DNA of 64,000 bases, taken from contig NC_091987.1 of assembly GCF_044704955.1 (NCBI RefSeq), positions 205,778,001-205,842,000 of the forward strand. The letters run 5' to 3'. Of the stretch, positions 23,739 to 38,069 are shown piece by piece. Source of the DNA: Pristiophorus japonicus (lineage: Eukaryota). The notes under the pieces are model-generated. The model was not told the origin of the DNA. It searched no databases and saw only the letters and a list, made by a program, of their open reading frames with translations. How positions within the stretch are numbered: position 1 is the first letter of the stretch; each line of letters begins with the position of its first letter. The position numbers and the translations under genes are program-made.

Positions 23739-24254
23739 TAAGCGAGCACCTTCACTACACAGACTGCAGCGGTTCAAGAAAATGGCTCACCACCACCTTC
23801 TCAAGAGCAATTAGGGACAATAAACACTGGCCTTGCCAGCGACGCCCACTTCCCGTGAACGAATATAAATAAATAATGTCATGTCAAAGTACCTGCATTG
23901 ATTTGAAGGAAGTTACATTTAGAACAAAGTTTCTTTCATGACTATGGTCATTGGGCAGTGTCCCAAGTGTTTGTTGACACTGTCTTGTTAAAATATGTAA
24001 CAGGTTTTGCCAGTTTCCAAGTGCGAGTAGGTGCGAAACACTTCGGCATAAGTCACTATCAATGGTCATGGATGGTTCAATTGTTCATTGTTCATTGACT
24101 TGCGGTTCCAGCAGAAGAGTGCTGATACAGTATGGACAAAGCTATATGAGGCAGTAATGGAAAATACTCAGAAAAAATCATCATTAACTTGCAATGGTGT
24201 ATCCATCTGTGTTCCTTGCTGCAAGTCAATAGGCCCCCTAACAGTAGCTACACT

Positions 24255-27200
24255 GTTTGACGGAGTATAAATCAAGAAATAACGGAGGCTTGTAAAAAAG
24301 GAACAGCAATAATCATGGTGATTTTAACCTTCATATTAATTGGACAAAGAAAATTGGCCAGGGTAGCCTTGAGGAAGAGTTCATAGAGTGTATCCGGGAT
24401 AGTTTCTTTGAACAGTACGTTGTGGAACCAACCAGGGAGCAGGCTTTCTTAAATCTGGCACTGTGTAATGAGACAGAATTAATAAATGATCTCCGAGTAA
24501 AGGATCCTCAAGGAATGAGTGACCATAACTTGGTTGAATTTTAAATTCAGTTGTCCAATCCAGTGTCCTGAGGTTAAACAAAGGAGACTACAAAAATATG
24601 AGGGCAGAGTTGGCTAAAGTGGACTGGAAAAATAGACTAAAGTATGGGGCGGTTGATGAGCAGTGGCAGACATTTAAGGAGATATTTCATAACTCGCAAC
24701 AAAAATATATCCCAATGAGAAGGAAAAGCTAACTACGGAAATAAAGGAGAGTATCAAAGTGAAAACAAAGGCATACAATGTGGCGAAGACTAGTGGGAGG
24801 CCAGAGGATTGGGAAACTATTAAAAGCCAGCAAAGAACAACTTAAAAATGATAGAAAGTGAAGATAGATTATGAAAGTAAACTAGCATGGAATATAAAAA
24901 CAGATTGTAAGAGTTTCTACAGGTACATAAAAAGAAAAAGAGTGGCTAAAGTAAATGTTGGTCCCTTGGAGGATGAGACTGGGGAATTAATGATGGAGAA
25001 CATGCAGATACATTGAACAAATATTTTGTATCGGTCTTCGCGGTAGAAGGATCCAATAGTGGATGGTCTAGGGACTATAGGGAGGGAGGAACTTAATACA
25101 ATCACTATCACTAAAGAAGTAGTACACGGTAAAATAATGGGACTAAAGGCAGATAAGTCCCCTGGACCTGATGGCTTACATCCTAGGGTCTTAAAAGAAG
25201 TGGCTGCAGAGATACTGGATGCATTGGTTGTAATCGACCAAAATTCCATGGATTCTGGGGCGGTCCCAGTGGATTGGGAAACCGCAAATGTAACACTCCT
25301 ATTTAAAAAAGGAGGCAGACAAAAACCGGGAAACTATAGACCAGTTAGCCGAACATCTGTTGTTGTGAAAATGCTGGAGTCCATTACTAAGGAAACATAG
25401 AAATATAGAAAGTAGGTGCAGGAGTAGGCCATTCGGCCCTTCTAGCCTGCACCGCCATTCAATGAGTTCACGGCTGAACATGCAACTTCAGTACCCCATT
25501 CCTGCTTTCTCACCATACCCCTTGATCCCCCTAGTAGTAAGGACTTCATCTAACTCCCTTTTGAATATATTTAGTGAATTGGCCTCAACAACTTTCTGTG
25601 GTAGAGAATTCCACAGGTTCACCACTCTCTGGGTGAAGAAGTTTCTCCTCATCTCAGTCCTGAATGGCTTACCCCTTATCCTTACTCTGTGACCCCTGGT
25701 TCTGGACTTCCCCAACATTGGGAACATTCTTCCTGCATCTAACCTGTCTAAATCCGTCAAAATTTTAAACGTTTCTATGAGATCCCCTCTTATTCTTCTG
25801 AACTCCAGTGAATACAAGCCCAGTTGATCCAGTCTTTCTTGATAGGTCAGTCCCACCATCCCGGGAATCAGTCTGGTGAACCTTCGCTGCACTCCCTCAA
25901 TAGCCAGAATGTCCTTCCTCTAGTTAGGAGACCAAAACTGTACACAATACTCTAGGTGTGGCCTCACCAAGGCCCTGTACAACTGTAGCAACACCTCCCT
26001 GCCCCTGTACTCAAATCCCCTCGCTATGAAGGCCAACATGCCATTTGCTTTCTTAACCGCCTGCTGTACCTGCATGCCAACCTTCAATGACTGATGTACG
26101 ATGACACCCAGGTCTCGTTGCACCTCCCCTTTTCCTAATCTGTCACCATTCAGATAATAGTCTGTCTCTCTGTTTTTACCACCAAAGTGGATAACCTCAC
26201 ATTTATCCACATTATACTTCATCTGCCATGCATTTGCCCACTCACCTAACCTATCCAAGTCACTCTGCAGCCTCATAGCATCCTCCTCGCAGCTCACACT
26301 GCCACCCAACTTAGTGTCATCCGCAAATTTGGAGATACTACATTTAATCCCCTCATCTAAATCATTAATGTACAATGTAAACAGCTGGGGCCCCAGCACA
26401 GAACCTTGCGGTACCCCACTAGTCACTGCCTGCCATTCTGAAAAGTACCCATTTACTCCAACTCTTTGCTTCCTGTCTGACAACCAGTTCTCAATCCACG
26501 TCAGCACACTACCCCCAATCCCATGTGCTTTAACTTTGCACATTAATCTCTTGTGTGGGACCTTGTCGAAAGCTTTCTGAAAGTCCAAATATACCACATC
26601 TCCCTTGTCCACTCTACTGGAAACATCCTCAAAAAATTCCAGAAGATTTGTCAAGCATGATTTCCCTTTCACAAATCCATACTGACTTGGACCTATCATG
26701 TCACCTCTTTCCAAATGCGCTGCTATGACATCCTTAATAATTGATTCCATCATTTTACCCACTACTGAGGTCAGGCTGACCAGTCTATAATTCCCTGTTT
26801 TCTCTCTCCCTCCTTTTTTTAAAAGTGGGGTTACATTGGCTACCCTCCACTCAATAGGAACTGATCCAGAGTCAATGGAATGTTGGAAAATGACTGTCAA
26901 TGCATCCGCTATTTCCAAGGCCACCTCCTTAAGTACTCTGGGATTCAGTCCATCAGGCCCTGGGGATTTATCGGCCTTCAATCCCATCAATTTCCCCAAC
27001 ACAATTTCCCGACTAATAAAGATTTCCCTCAGTTCCTCCTCCTTACTAGACCCTCCGACCCCTTTTATATCCGGAAGGTTGTTTGTGTCCTCCTTTGTGA
27101 ATACCGAACCAAAGTACTTGTTCAATTGGTCTGCCATTTCTTTGTTCCCCGTTATGACTTCCCCTGATTCTGACTGCAGGAGACCTACGTTTGTCTTTAC

Positions 27201-29545
27201 TAACCTTTTTCTCTTTACATATCTATAGAAACTTTTGCAATCTGTCTTAATGTTCCCTGCAAGCTTCTTCTCGTACTCCATTTTCCCTGCCCTAATCAAA
27301 CCCTTTGTCCTCCTCTGCTGAGTTGTAAATTTCTCCCAGTCCCCGGGTTCGCTACTATTTCTGGCCAATTTGTATGCCACTTCCTTGGCTTTAATACTAT
27401 CCCTGATTTCCCTTGATAGCCACGGTTGAGCCACCTTCCCTTTTTTATTTTTACGCCAGACAGGAATGTACAATTGTTGTAGTTCATCCATGCGGTCTCT
27501 AAATGTCTGCCATTGCCCATCACGGTCAACCCCTTAAGTATCATTCGCCAATCTATCCTAGCCAATTCACGCCTCATACCTTCAAAGTTAGCCTTCTTTA
27601 AGTTCTGGACCATGGTCTCTGAATTAACTGTTTCATTCTCCATCCTAATGCTGAATTCCACCATATTATGGTCACTCTTCCCCAAGGGACCTCGCACAAC
27701 GAGATTGCTAATTAATCCTCTCTCATTACACAACACCCAGACTAAGATGGCCTCCCCCCTAGTTGGTTCCTCGACATATTGGTCCAGAAAACCATCCCGT
27801 ATGCACTCTAGGAAATCCTCCTCCACCGTATTTCTTCCAGTTTGGTTAGCCCAATCTATGTGCATATTAAAGTCACCCATTATAACTGCTGCACCTTTAT
27901 TGCATGCACCTCTAATTTCCTGTTTGATGCCCTCCCCAACATCACTACTATTGTTTGGAGGTCTGTACACAACTCCCACTAATGTTTTTTGCCCTTTGTG
28001 TTCTGCAGCTCTATAGATTCCACATCATCCAAGCTAATGTCTTTCCTATTGCATTAATCTCCTCTTTAACCAGCAATGCTACCCCACCTCCTTTTCCTTT
28101 TATTCTATCCTTCCTGAATATTGAATACCCCTGGATGTTGAGTTCCCAGCCCTGATCATCCTGGAGCCACGTCTCCGTAATCCCAATCACATCATATTTG
28201 TTAACATCTATTTGCACAGTTAATTCATCCACCTTATTATGGATACTCCTTGCATTAAGACACAAAGCCTTCAGGAAGCATAATTCAATCAAGCAGAGTC
28301 AGCATGGTTTTATGAAAGGGAAATCATGTTTGACAAATTTGCTGGAGTTCTTTGAGGATGTAACAAGCAGAGGTGGATAAGGGGGAAACCAGTGGATATG
28401 GTGTATTTGGATTTCCAAAATGCAATCGATAAGGTGCCACATAAAAGGTTACTGCACAAGATAAAAGTTCACGGGGTTGGGGGTAATATATTAGCATGGA
28501 TAGAGGATTGGCTAACGAACAGAAAACAGTTGGGATAGATTGTCCTGTTGCCAAACAGTAACTAGTGGGGTGCCGCAGGGATCGGTGCTGGGGCCTCAAC
28601 TATTTACAATCTATATTAATGACTTGGATGAAGGGACCGAGTATAATGTAGCCAAGTTTGCTGATGATACAAAGATGGGTGGCAAAGCAAATTGTGAGGA
28701 GGACACAAAAAATCTGCAAAGGGATATAGACAGGCTAAGTGAGTGGGCAAAAATTTGGCAGGTGGAGTATAATGTGGGAAAATATGAGATTATCCACTTT
28801 GGTAGAAATAATAGAAAAGCAAATTATAATTTAAATGGAGAAAAATTGCAAAGTGCTGTAGTTCAGAGGGACCTGGGAATCCTTGTGCATGAAACACAAA
28901 AAGTGAATATGCAGGTACAGCAATTAATCAAGAAGGCAAATGAAATGTTGGCCTGCATTACAAGGGGGATAGAGTATAAAAGCAGAGAAATCCTGCTACA
29001 ACTGTACAGGGTATTGGTGAGGCCACACCTAGAGTACTGCGTACAGTTTTGGTCTCCGTATTTAAGGAAGGATATACTTTCATTGGAGGCTGTTCAGAGA
29101 GGTTCACTCGGTTAATTCCGGAGATGAGGGGGTTGAAGATAGGTTGAGTAGGTTGGGCCTATACTCATTGGAGTTCAGAAGAATGAAAGGTGATCTTATC
29201 GAAACATATAAGATAATGAGGGGGCACGACAAAGTGGATGTAGAGAGGATATTTGCACATAGGGGAAACTAAAACTAGGGAATATAGTCTCAGAATAAGG
29301 GGCCACTTTTTAAAACTGAGATGAGGAGGAATTTCTTCTCTTAAAGGGTTGTAAATCTGTGGAATTCTCTGCCCCAGGGAATTGAATATATTTAAGGTGG
29401 AATTAGACAGATTTTTGAGCAATAATGGAATAAAGGGTTATGGGGAACGGGCAGGGAAGTGGAGCTGAGTCCATGATCAGATCACCCACGAGCAGGCTCG
29501 AGGGGACGAGTGGCCTTCTCCTGCTCCTATTTCTTATGTTCTTCT
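24255..29545 (+). mobile_element. Older CR1 LINE (host), split by the 25393-28275 insertion
   Basis: ORF2 remnants read ...MLESITKE at 25394 and resume KHNSIKQSQHGF at 28276. CR1 tail near 29540. Confidence 0.9.
25393..28275 (-). mobile_element. Second copy of the same young CR1 family, 5'-truncated and disrupted
   Basis: Near-identical to about 40670-43580. Frameshifts near 27520 and 28010-28050, a 3-codon deletion (GEPVDVV to GDVV), a stop at 25920 and a (catagaaa) tail at the left end. Confidence 0.95.
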
Positions 29546-29933
29546 ATAATGGTATCACCCTTACCATACTGCTCGCATTGATCTGTTTTAGTGTCTCTGA
29601 CATGCCTCATGTTTCAGCTGTGTCAGCCATGGCTCAGTGGGTAGCACTCTCGTCTTTGGGTCATGAGGTTGTGGGTTCAAGTCCCACTCCAGGGACTTGA
29701 ACACAAAAATCTAAGCTGACACTGCTGTGCTGTTTTTTGGATGAGACGTTAAACCGAGACCCAGTCTACTCTCTCAGATCCCACGGCACTATTTTGAAGA
29801 AGAGCAGGGGCGTTATCCCCAGTGTCCTGGACAATATCCCTCAACCAGCATCAATAAAATGGATTATCTGGCTATTATCACAATGTTCTTTGTGGGATCT
29901 CGCTGTGCACAAATTGGCTACCGCGATTTCTAC

Positions 29934-30992
29934 CATAGGCAGTCCCTCGGAATCGAGGAAGACTTGCTTCCACTCCTGAAGTGAGCTCTTTGGTGGCTGA
30001 ACAGTCCAATATGAGAGCTGCAGACTCTGTCACAGGTGGGACAGATAGTCGTTGATGGAAGGAGTGGGTGGGACTGGTTTGCCGCACGCTCTTTCCTCTG
30101 CTTGCGCTTGATTTCTGCACACTCTCGGCGATGAGACTCGAGGTGCTCGGCGCCCTCTTGAATGCACTTCCTCCACTTAGGGCGGTCTTGGGCCAGGGAC
30201 TCCCAGGTGTCAGTGGGGATGTTGCACTTTATCAGGGAGGTTTTGAGGGTGTCCTTGTAACATTTCCGCTGCGCACCTTTGGCTCATTTGCCGTGAAGGA
30301 GCTCCGAGCAGAGCACTTGCTTTGGGAGTCTCGTGTATGGTATGCGAACTATGTGGCCTGCCCAGCGGAGCTGATCAAGTGTGGTTAGTGCTTCAATGCT
30401 GGAGATATTAGCCTGGACGAGGACGCTGATGTTGGTGCGCCTGTCCTCCCAGGGGATTTGTAGGATCTTGCGGAGACATCATTGGTGATATTTCTCCAGC
30501 AACTTGAGGTGTCTGCTGTACATGGTTCATGTCTCTGAGCCTTACAGGAGGGCGGGTATTACTACAACCCTGTAGACCATGAGCTTGGTGGCAGTTTTGG
30601 GGGCCTGGTCTTCAAACACTCTTTTCCTCAAGCGGCCGAAGGCTGCACTGGCGCACTAGAGGCGGAGTTGGATCTCGTCTTCGATGCCTGCTCTTGTTGA
30701 TAGGAGGCTCCCGAGATATGGGAAGTGGTCCAAGGTGTCCAGGGCCGCGTCGTGGATCTTGATGACTGGGGGGCAGTGCTGTGCGGTGAGGACAGGCTGG
30801 TGGAGGACCTTTGTCTTACAGATGTTTAGCATAAGGCCCATGCTTCTGTACGTCTCAGTAAATACGTCCACTATATCCTGGAGTTCAACCTCTGTATGTG
30901 TGCAGACTGTAGCTCGACGACAGAGGTTGGGATGGTCTTGGACCTGGCCTGGAGACGACGCAGGTTGAACACGTTCCCACTGGTTCTGTAGT
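29934..30992 (-). mobile_element. RTE-clade LINE 3' fragment inserted in a Deu-SINE
   Basis: RT C-terminal motifs (GLMLNICKTKVL, FPYLGS). The SINE halves 29618-29933 and 30993-31108 rejoin. Confidence 0.8.
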
Positions 30993-31246
30993 TTCTGTAC
31001 ATTACAACAGTGGCAACACTTTTAAAAAGTATATCATTGGCTGTAAAGCACTTTGGAACATCCTGAGTTCATGAAACACGCTATATAAATGTAAATCTTT
31101 CTTTCTTTATAGTTCATTAAGTAAAAATGCTGCTCTCTTGGCCAATGGCCTATTATCAAACCAAACTTATCAGAATAGATTTGAGACAAGATTAAATGGT
31201 TGCTAAAAGTAAAGGAATATTGTCTTCCTGACAAATCTGTTTTTTG

Positions 31247-31545
31247 TTTGTTACATCGGTTGTCTGTTTATAAAAAGGAAAGACTTGCATTTATATAGCA
31301 CCTTTCATGACCACTGGATGTCTCAAAGCCCTTTACAGCCAATGAAGTACTTTTGCAGTGTAGTCACATTGTTGTTTGTGGGAGCTTGCTGTGTGCAAGT
31401 TGGCTGCCGCGTTTCCCACATTACAACAGTGACTATACTCCAAAAGTACTTCATTGGCTGTAAAGCGCTTTGAGACGTCCGGTGGTGGTGAAAGACGCTA
31501 TATAAATGCAAGTCTTTTTTAGAAACAGACAATCAATGTAACAAA
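31247..31545. repeat. Inverted repeat, arms about 120 bp, spacer about 60 bp
   Basis: 31247-31367 is the imperfect reverse complement of 31429-31545. Confidence 0.85.
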
Positions 31546-32106
31546 AATACTCGACTGGCACTCTTCTTACCTCAAATTAAAAAGAAATTTGTTGCACCCT
31601 TTTTTACAAACGTTGTGAACCTTTATGGAGAATGCAGTTGAGAAACCTGCAATGTGAAGTCATACCAGCATGATGCTCAGATGACTTGTCACTTTCTGTG
31701 GTATTCCACAGGAATGATAAAACCCAGTAATTCCTTTGTGCTGCCAGTCCTTTATTATAGTTCTTCCGCTTATCTGATCTTTCATTTAACTATTTGATAT
31801 CATAGAATGGTTACAGCACGGAAGAAGACCATTCAGCCCGTCGAGCCCGTGCCGGCTCTCTGCTAATCCCACTACCCCGCCCTTTACCCGCGGTCCTGCA
31901 GTTTCTTTTTCCTTTGGATTATTATCCAATACCCTTTTGAAAGATAAAATTGCGCCTTCCTCCACCGCTCTTTCAGGCAGTGCACCCCAGATCTTAACCA
32001 CTCGCTGCGTAAAAAGATTTTTACTTACGTTGCCTTTAGTTCTTTTGCCAATCACCTTAAATCTGTGTCCTCTGGTTCTCGACCCTTCAGCCAATGGAAA
32101 CAGTTT

Positions 32107-35100
32107 AGAAACATAGAAACATAGAAATAGGTGCAGGAGTAGGCCATCTAGCCCCTCGAGCCTGCTCCGCCATTCAACAAGATCATGGCTGATCTGGCCG
32201 TGGACTCAGCTCCACTTATTCATTCGCCTGTTCCCCATAACCCTTAATTCCGTTATTGGTTAAAAATCTATCTATCTGTGATTTGAATATATTCAACGAG
32301 CTAGCCTCAACTGCTTCCTTGAGCAGAGAATTCCACAGATTCACAACCCTCTGGGAGAAGAAATTCCTTCTCAACTCTGTTTTAAATTGGCTCCCCCATA
32401 TTTTGAGGCTGTGCCCCCTAGTTCTAGTTTCCGCGACCAGTGGAAACAACCTCTCTGCCTCGATCTTGTCTATCCCTTTCATTATTTTAAATGTTTCTAT
32501 AAGATCCCCCCTCATCCTTCTGAACTCCAACAAGTAAAGACCCAGTCTACTCCATCTATCATCATAAGGTAACCCCCTCATCTCTGGAATCAGCCTAGTG
32601 AATCGTCTCTGTACCCCCTCCAAAGCTAGTACATCCTTCCTTAAGTAAGGTGACCAAAACTGCACGCAGTACTCCAGGTGCGGCCTCACCAATACCCTGT
32701 ACAGTTGCAGCAGGACCACCTTGCTTTTGTACTCCATCCCTCTCGCAATGAAGGCCAACATTCTATTCGCCTTCCTGATTACCTGCTGCACCTGCAAACT
32801 AACTTTTTGGGATTGAGGTGGGCACCGGAGGGACTGGAGTGCATCATCACGCCCGGCAACCAAATTTTAATTTGATTTTATATTTTTAAGTAATTTGTTT
32901 TAATTGCCGGTGCTTTTAGTGTCCCCCTCCCCTTTATAGGGGGCACTTGGAGAAAAAATATGTTTTTGTGCCCAAAAAAAAAACCCCCAAAAAAACCAAA
33001 AAAAAAATAAAAGGGCCTGTAAATGTTTGGTGTTTCCCCCAGATCGGGGGGGGGCACGGTTTAATGTTTTTTGTTTACTCCCAAAAAGAGTTTCATGCAC
33101 AAGGACTCCCAGGTCCCTCTGCACTGCAGCATGTTGTAATTTCTCCCCATTCAAATAATATTCACTTTTACTGTTTTTTTTCCCAAGGTGGATGACCTCA
33201 CATTTTCCAACATTGTATTCCATCTGCCAAACCTTAGCCCATTCGCTTAACCTATCTAAATATCTTTGCAGCCTCTCTGTGTCCTCTACACAACCCGCTT
33301 TCCCACTAATCTTTGTGTCATCTGCAAATTTTGTTACACTACACTCTGTCCCCTCTTCCAGGTCATCTATGTATATTGTAAATAGTTGTGGTCCCAGCAC
33401 CGATCCCTGTGGCACACCACTAACCACCGATTTCCAACCCGAAAAGGACCCATTTATCCCGACTCTCTGCTTTCTGCCAGCCAGCCAATTCTCTATCCAT
33501 GCTAATACATTTCCTCTGACTCCGCGTACCTTTATCTTCTGCAGTAACCTTTTGTGTGGCACCTTATCGAATGCCTTTTGGAAATCTAAATACACCACAT
33601 CCATCGGTATACCTCTATCCACCATGATCGTTATATCCTCAAAGAATTCCAGTAAATTAGTTAAACATGATTTCCCCTTCATGAATCCATGTTGCATCTG
33701 CTTGATTGCACTATTCCTATCTAGATGTCCCGCTATTTCTTCCTTAATGATAGCTTCAAGCATTTTCCCCACTACAGATGTTAAACTAACCGGCCTATAG
33801 TTACCTGCCTTTTGTCTGCCCCCTTTTTTAAACAGAAGCGTTACATTAGCTGCTTTCCAATCCGATGGTACCTCCCCAGAGTCCAGAGAATTTTGGTAGA
33901 TTATAACGAATGCATCTGCTATAACTTCCGCCATCTCTTTTAATACCCTGGGATGCATTTCATCAGGACCAGGGGACTTGTCTCCCTTGAGTCCCATTAG
34001 CCTGTCCAGCACTACCCCCCCTAGTGATAGTGATTGTCTCAAGGTCCTCCCTTCCCACATTCCCATGACCAGCAATTTTTGACATGGTTTTTGTGTCTTC
34101 CACTGTGAAGACCGATGCAAAATAATTGTTTAAGGTCTCAGCCATTGCTACATTTCCCATTATTAAACCCCCCTTCTCATCTTCAAAGGGACCAACATTT
34201 ACTTTAGTCACTCTTTTCCGTTTTATATATCGGTAAAAGCTTTTACTATCTGTTTTTATGTTTTGCGGAAGTTTACTTTCGTAATCTATCTTTCCTTTCT
34301 TTATTGCTTTCTTAGTCATTCTTTGCTATCGTTTAAAATTTTCACAATCTTCGAGTTTCCCACTAACCTTGGCCACCTTATACACATTGGTTTTTAATTT
34401 GATACTCTCCTTTATTTCCTTGGTTATCCACGGCTGGTTATCCCTTCTCTTACCGCCCTTCTTTTTCACTGGAATATATTTTTGTTGAGCACTATGAAAG
34501 AGCTACTTAAAAGTCCTCTACTGTTCCTCAATTGTGCCACCGTTTAGTCTGTGTTTCCAGTCTACTTTAGCCAATTCTGCCCTCATCCCACTGTAGTCCC
34601 CTTTGTTTAAGCATATTGCGCTCGTTTGAGACACTACTTCCTCACCCTCAATCTGTATTACAAATTCAACCATACTGTGATCACTCATTCCGAGAGGATC
34701 TTTTACTAGGAGATTGTTTATTATTCCTGTCTCATTACACAGGACCAGATCTAAAATAGCCTGCTCCCTTGTAGGTTCTGTAACATACTGTTCTAAGAAA
34801 CAATCTCGTATGCATTCTATGAATTCCTCCTCAAGGCTACCCCGTGCGATTTGATTTGACCAATCGATATGTAGGTTAAAATCCCCCATGATTACTGCCG
34901 TTCCTTTTTCACATGCCTCCATTATTTCCCTGATTATTGTCCATGAAGTTATTATTTGGGGGCCTATAAACTACGCCCACCAGTGACTTTTCTCCCTTAC
35001 TATCTCTAATCTCCACCCACAATGATTCAACATTTTGTTCATTGGAGCCAATATCGTCTCTCACAACTGCCCTGATATCATCCTTTATTAACAGAGCTAC

Positions 35101-35253
35101 CCCACCTCCCTTCCCCTCTTGTCTATCTTTCCGAATTGTCAGATACCCTGTATGTTTAATTCCTAGTCTTGGCCACCCTGCAACCACGTTTCAGTAATGG
35201 CCACCAAATCATACCCATTTGTAATGATTTGTGCCGTCAACTCATTTACTTTG
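32107..35253 (-). mobile_element. CR1 LINE (different subfamily) nested in an older CR1 3' fragment (31800-32106 + 35254-35400)
   Basis: APE/RT fragments in ORFs 32216-35187 and a (catagaaa)n tail at 32107. Host sequence ...ggaaacagttt / tccctctatctactc rejoins across it. Confidence 0.92.
32816..33090 (+). mobile_element. Tx1-like non-LTR element 3' fragment inserted in a CR1
   Basis: Encodes RWAPEGLECIITPGNQILI* then a T-rich 3'UTR. The CR1 host gggatt/tcatgcacaagg rejoins. Homologous to 19247-19465 and 44409-44595. Clade assignment is from recognition only. Confidence 0.6.
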
Positions 35254-36014
35254 TTTCCCTCTATCTACTCTATCCAGACCCCCTCATTATTTTGAACACC
35301 TCTATCAAATCTCCTTTCAATCTTCTCTGCTCCAAGGTGAACAACCCCAGCTTCTCCAGTCTATCCATGTAACTGAAGTCCCTCATTCCTGGAATCATTT
35401 AACTAAATTCTGTTAAAAACTAACTTGATACTGTTACCAATTGATAATGAATCTGTCAAGGAAGCAGAGGAATAATTTGACCAAGCTTTTGGTCACCTGC
35501 CCTAATTTCTCCTTATGTGGCTCGGTATCAAATTTTAAAAATAATCTCATAATACGCCTGTCAAGCACCTTGGGACGTTTCACTACATTAAAGGTGCTAT
35601 ATAAATACAAGTTGTTGTTGTTGGAATAATAATACATGGAGCCCAGTTAGGGGCTATGAAGTTCAAGGCAGTGAGTAGTCTAACTATACAGATTAGGAAG
35701 GTCCCTGTTTTCGTCACCAATCTCTGTTCAATTAGTCCATCTCAACTCAGATGACAGTGGCTCATTGCAATCTTGCAATCAGCCTACTGTACCCCCAATG
35801 GCAGTAGAATCAACATCTTCAAGAGAGATGGGGAAGAGAGAAAAAAAATAAACACAGGGATCTTTCACCTCTGAGACCTGGATTTAAATCCATCCAGACA
35901 TAGTTTAAAACTGGTTTAGTTCAGAAATAATTGGCATTAAATTGACAATCTACTCATAGAGACTAGAGGATGGCTGGTCTGGAAATGGTCAATGTTAAAC
36001 TAGCACAAATAATG

Positions 36015-36415
36015 GGTACAGCAGCATAGAAGTTATGTTACTGGACTAGTAATCCAGTGGCCTGGACTAATGATCTGGAGACATGAGTCTAAATTTCACC
36101 ACAGCAGCTGGGGAATTCAGTTAATTAAATAAATTCAATTAATGAAATAAATCTGGAATAAAAAGCTAGTACCAGTAATGGTGACCAAGAAATTACCAAG
36201 AACCCATCTGGTTCACCAATGTCCTTAACGGAAGGAAATCTGCCATCCTTACCTGGTCTGGCCTATATGTGACTCCAGACCCACAGCAATGTGGTTGACT
36301 CTTAACTGCCTTCTGAAATGGTGGCTCACACCACCTTCTCAAGGGCAATTATGGATGGGCAATAAATGCTGGCCTTGCCAGCGACACCCACATCCCAATT
36401 ACGAATTTAAAAAAA
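36015..36415 (+). mobile_element. Second SINE family copy
   Basis: Same head, core and tail. Confidence 0.72.
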
Positions 36416-37334
36416 TATAGGGTTGCTCTGCTGAAAGTGGGGTTAAGACATTGTTGCTTTATTCTACATCTAGTTATATTAAGCCTGATTCGTGTGTACT
36501 TTTTTTTGTCTCATAATACTCCTGTGAAGAGCCTTGGGGTGTTTCACTACGTTAAAGGCACTATATAAATACTAGTTGTTGTTGTTTTTGTTATTCTTGA
36601 TGCTGTACTAACATTTCTCACCAGAAATATTTGATTCAGGATCTTCCCAGACAATTCACCAGGCGACAAGGGTCCTTCTGCAGTCCCATTACGACTGAAA
36701 ACCATCTGGTCTCATTCACATCTATAATGGGGTTTAAGTGCCTGCTAAACCAATGATGTGATAATGTTATTTAATGTTGCTATTTGATAATGTCAGTCTG
36801 AGATCAGTCTGCATTGTGAAGGAAATAACTTCCATGGTTAGTCACTCCATCTGGTTTAATAATTCATGACCTAATAGTTTTGCCATTAAATATTTTGATT
36901 ACACAGGAACTTCTGAAGTTCAACTTCTGTACAACTTAGAGGTCTAAAAACAAACGTCTAGTCTGAATTTTGGATTTTTCCATTGATTCATTTTGCCAAA
37001 GATAAAGTTGGAAAAACGATACCGTACTTAAAGCTATTCCACTGATGGTGTCATCATCATAGAGTATAATGCATGCAATTGCGTGTCAGGAATGCTGAAG
37101 TTTCATTTGACTGTTTCTGATTTCAGAATGATCAAAAATGCAAACCTATATTGCTTTGGCAGTGATTAATGTTGTAAGGAGCATCTTTAGGCCTGGAATG
37201 AACATGTCAGATAGTGTTAACCTGATCGATGTGAATCTCACTGTGATCTACTGAACCTCTTGTTTCGGTGACTGTAACACTTAACTAAATGTAATTATTG
37301 GACAAGTTGTATCAGGGCTGCTACCTGACACAGT

Positions 37335-38069
37335 GGGCCAGAATTTGCTGTGCCAGGGCATCTAATGGCATCTGCCGTTAGTTAGACTTCTCCTGCATGT
37401 TGAGGTCTATAAATTCTTTGTGTGGCAAGTTGCTGAAAGTGCAAGCTGATAACGTCGCAGCAAGGGATACCGGGTATGTGGGACCTGAGTGAGCAGGGAA
37501 AGCATCTGTGTGTATATCCTTAACCAATCAAGCTGAAGGATAGTGAAATTAGCAGCGCAAGGACTGAGAAGGAAGTGTAAGTTAGACTGGGTGAATTCAA
37601 TGTCACATCAGGTACAGAAAGAGACAAAAAGAGAGGGAAAGAAAGATTGAATTAAAAGACAGAGAAGAGAGACAGAAAGGAAAAGTTTTAAAAAATTAAC
37701 ATTTTAAAAATCTCCAACAACAATTAAAACCTGAAGGAATGAGAATCCACACTTGGAATAGTTAATTTTCAGTCAGAAGTTGACTGGCAGTAATTTGCAC
37801 TTATCACATTGTTAAAAGGGTACTTAAACTTAACTTTCTGTGGTGTGTTTACTTCGTATCTACCGTGCAAATACAGCAACTTCACGTCGTTCAATGCATT
37901 TCAATAGTGTGCCAGACAGCGAGATGGGGGAGCAGCGCAATTCAGACAGCAACTTTTGGATTTCCAAGTTTAACCTCGCTTCTGCCTCGCCTGAAATTGC
38001 TGGAGCATTTGTGTATAATAATGGCGAGCGCCATTAGCCTCGCCGGTAATTTGACAGCAAGTTATGGGC
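37335..38069. mobile_element. Degenerate non-autonomous TIR element (Harbinger-like)
   Basis: Imperfect TIRs gggccagaatttgctg / cagcaagttatgggc. Confidence 0.5.

Noticed and set aside
23090-23872. 260-aa Gly/Pro-rich ORF as a novel gene
   Set aside because: Lies in the GC-rich low-complexity interior of a TIR element and runs into a SINE tail. No domain motifs.
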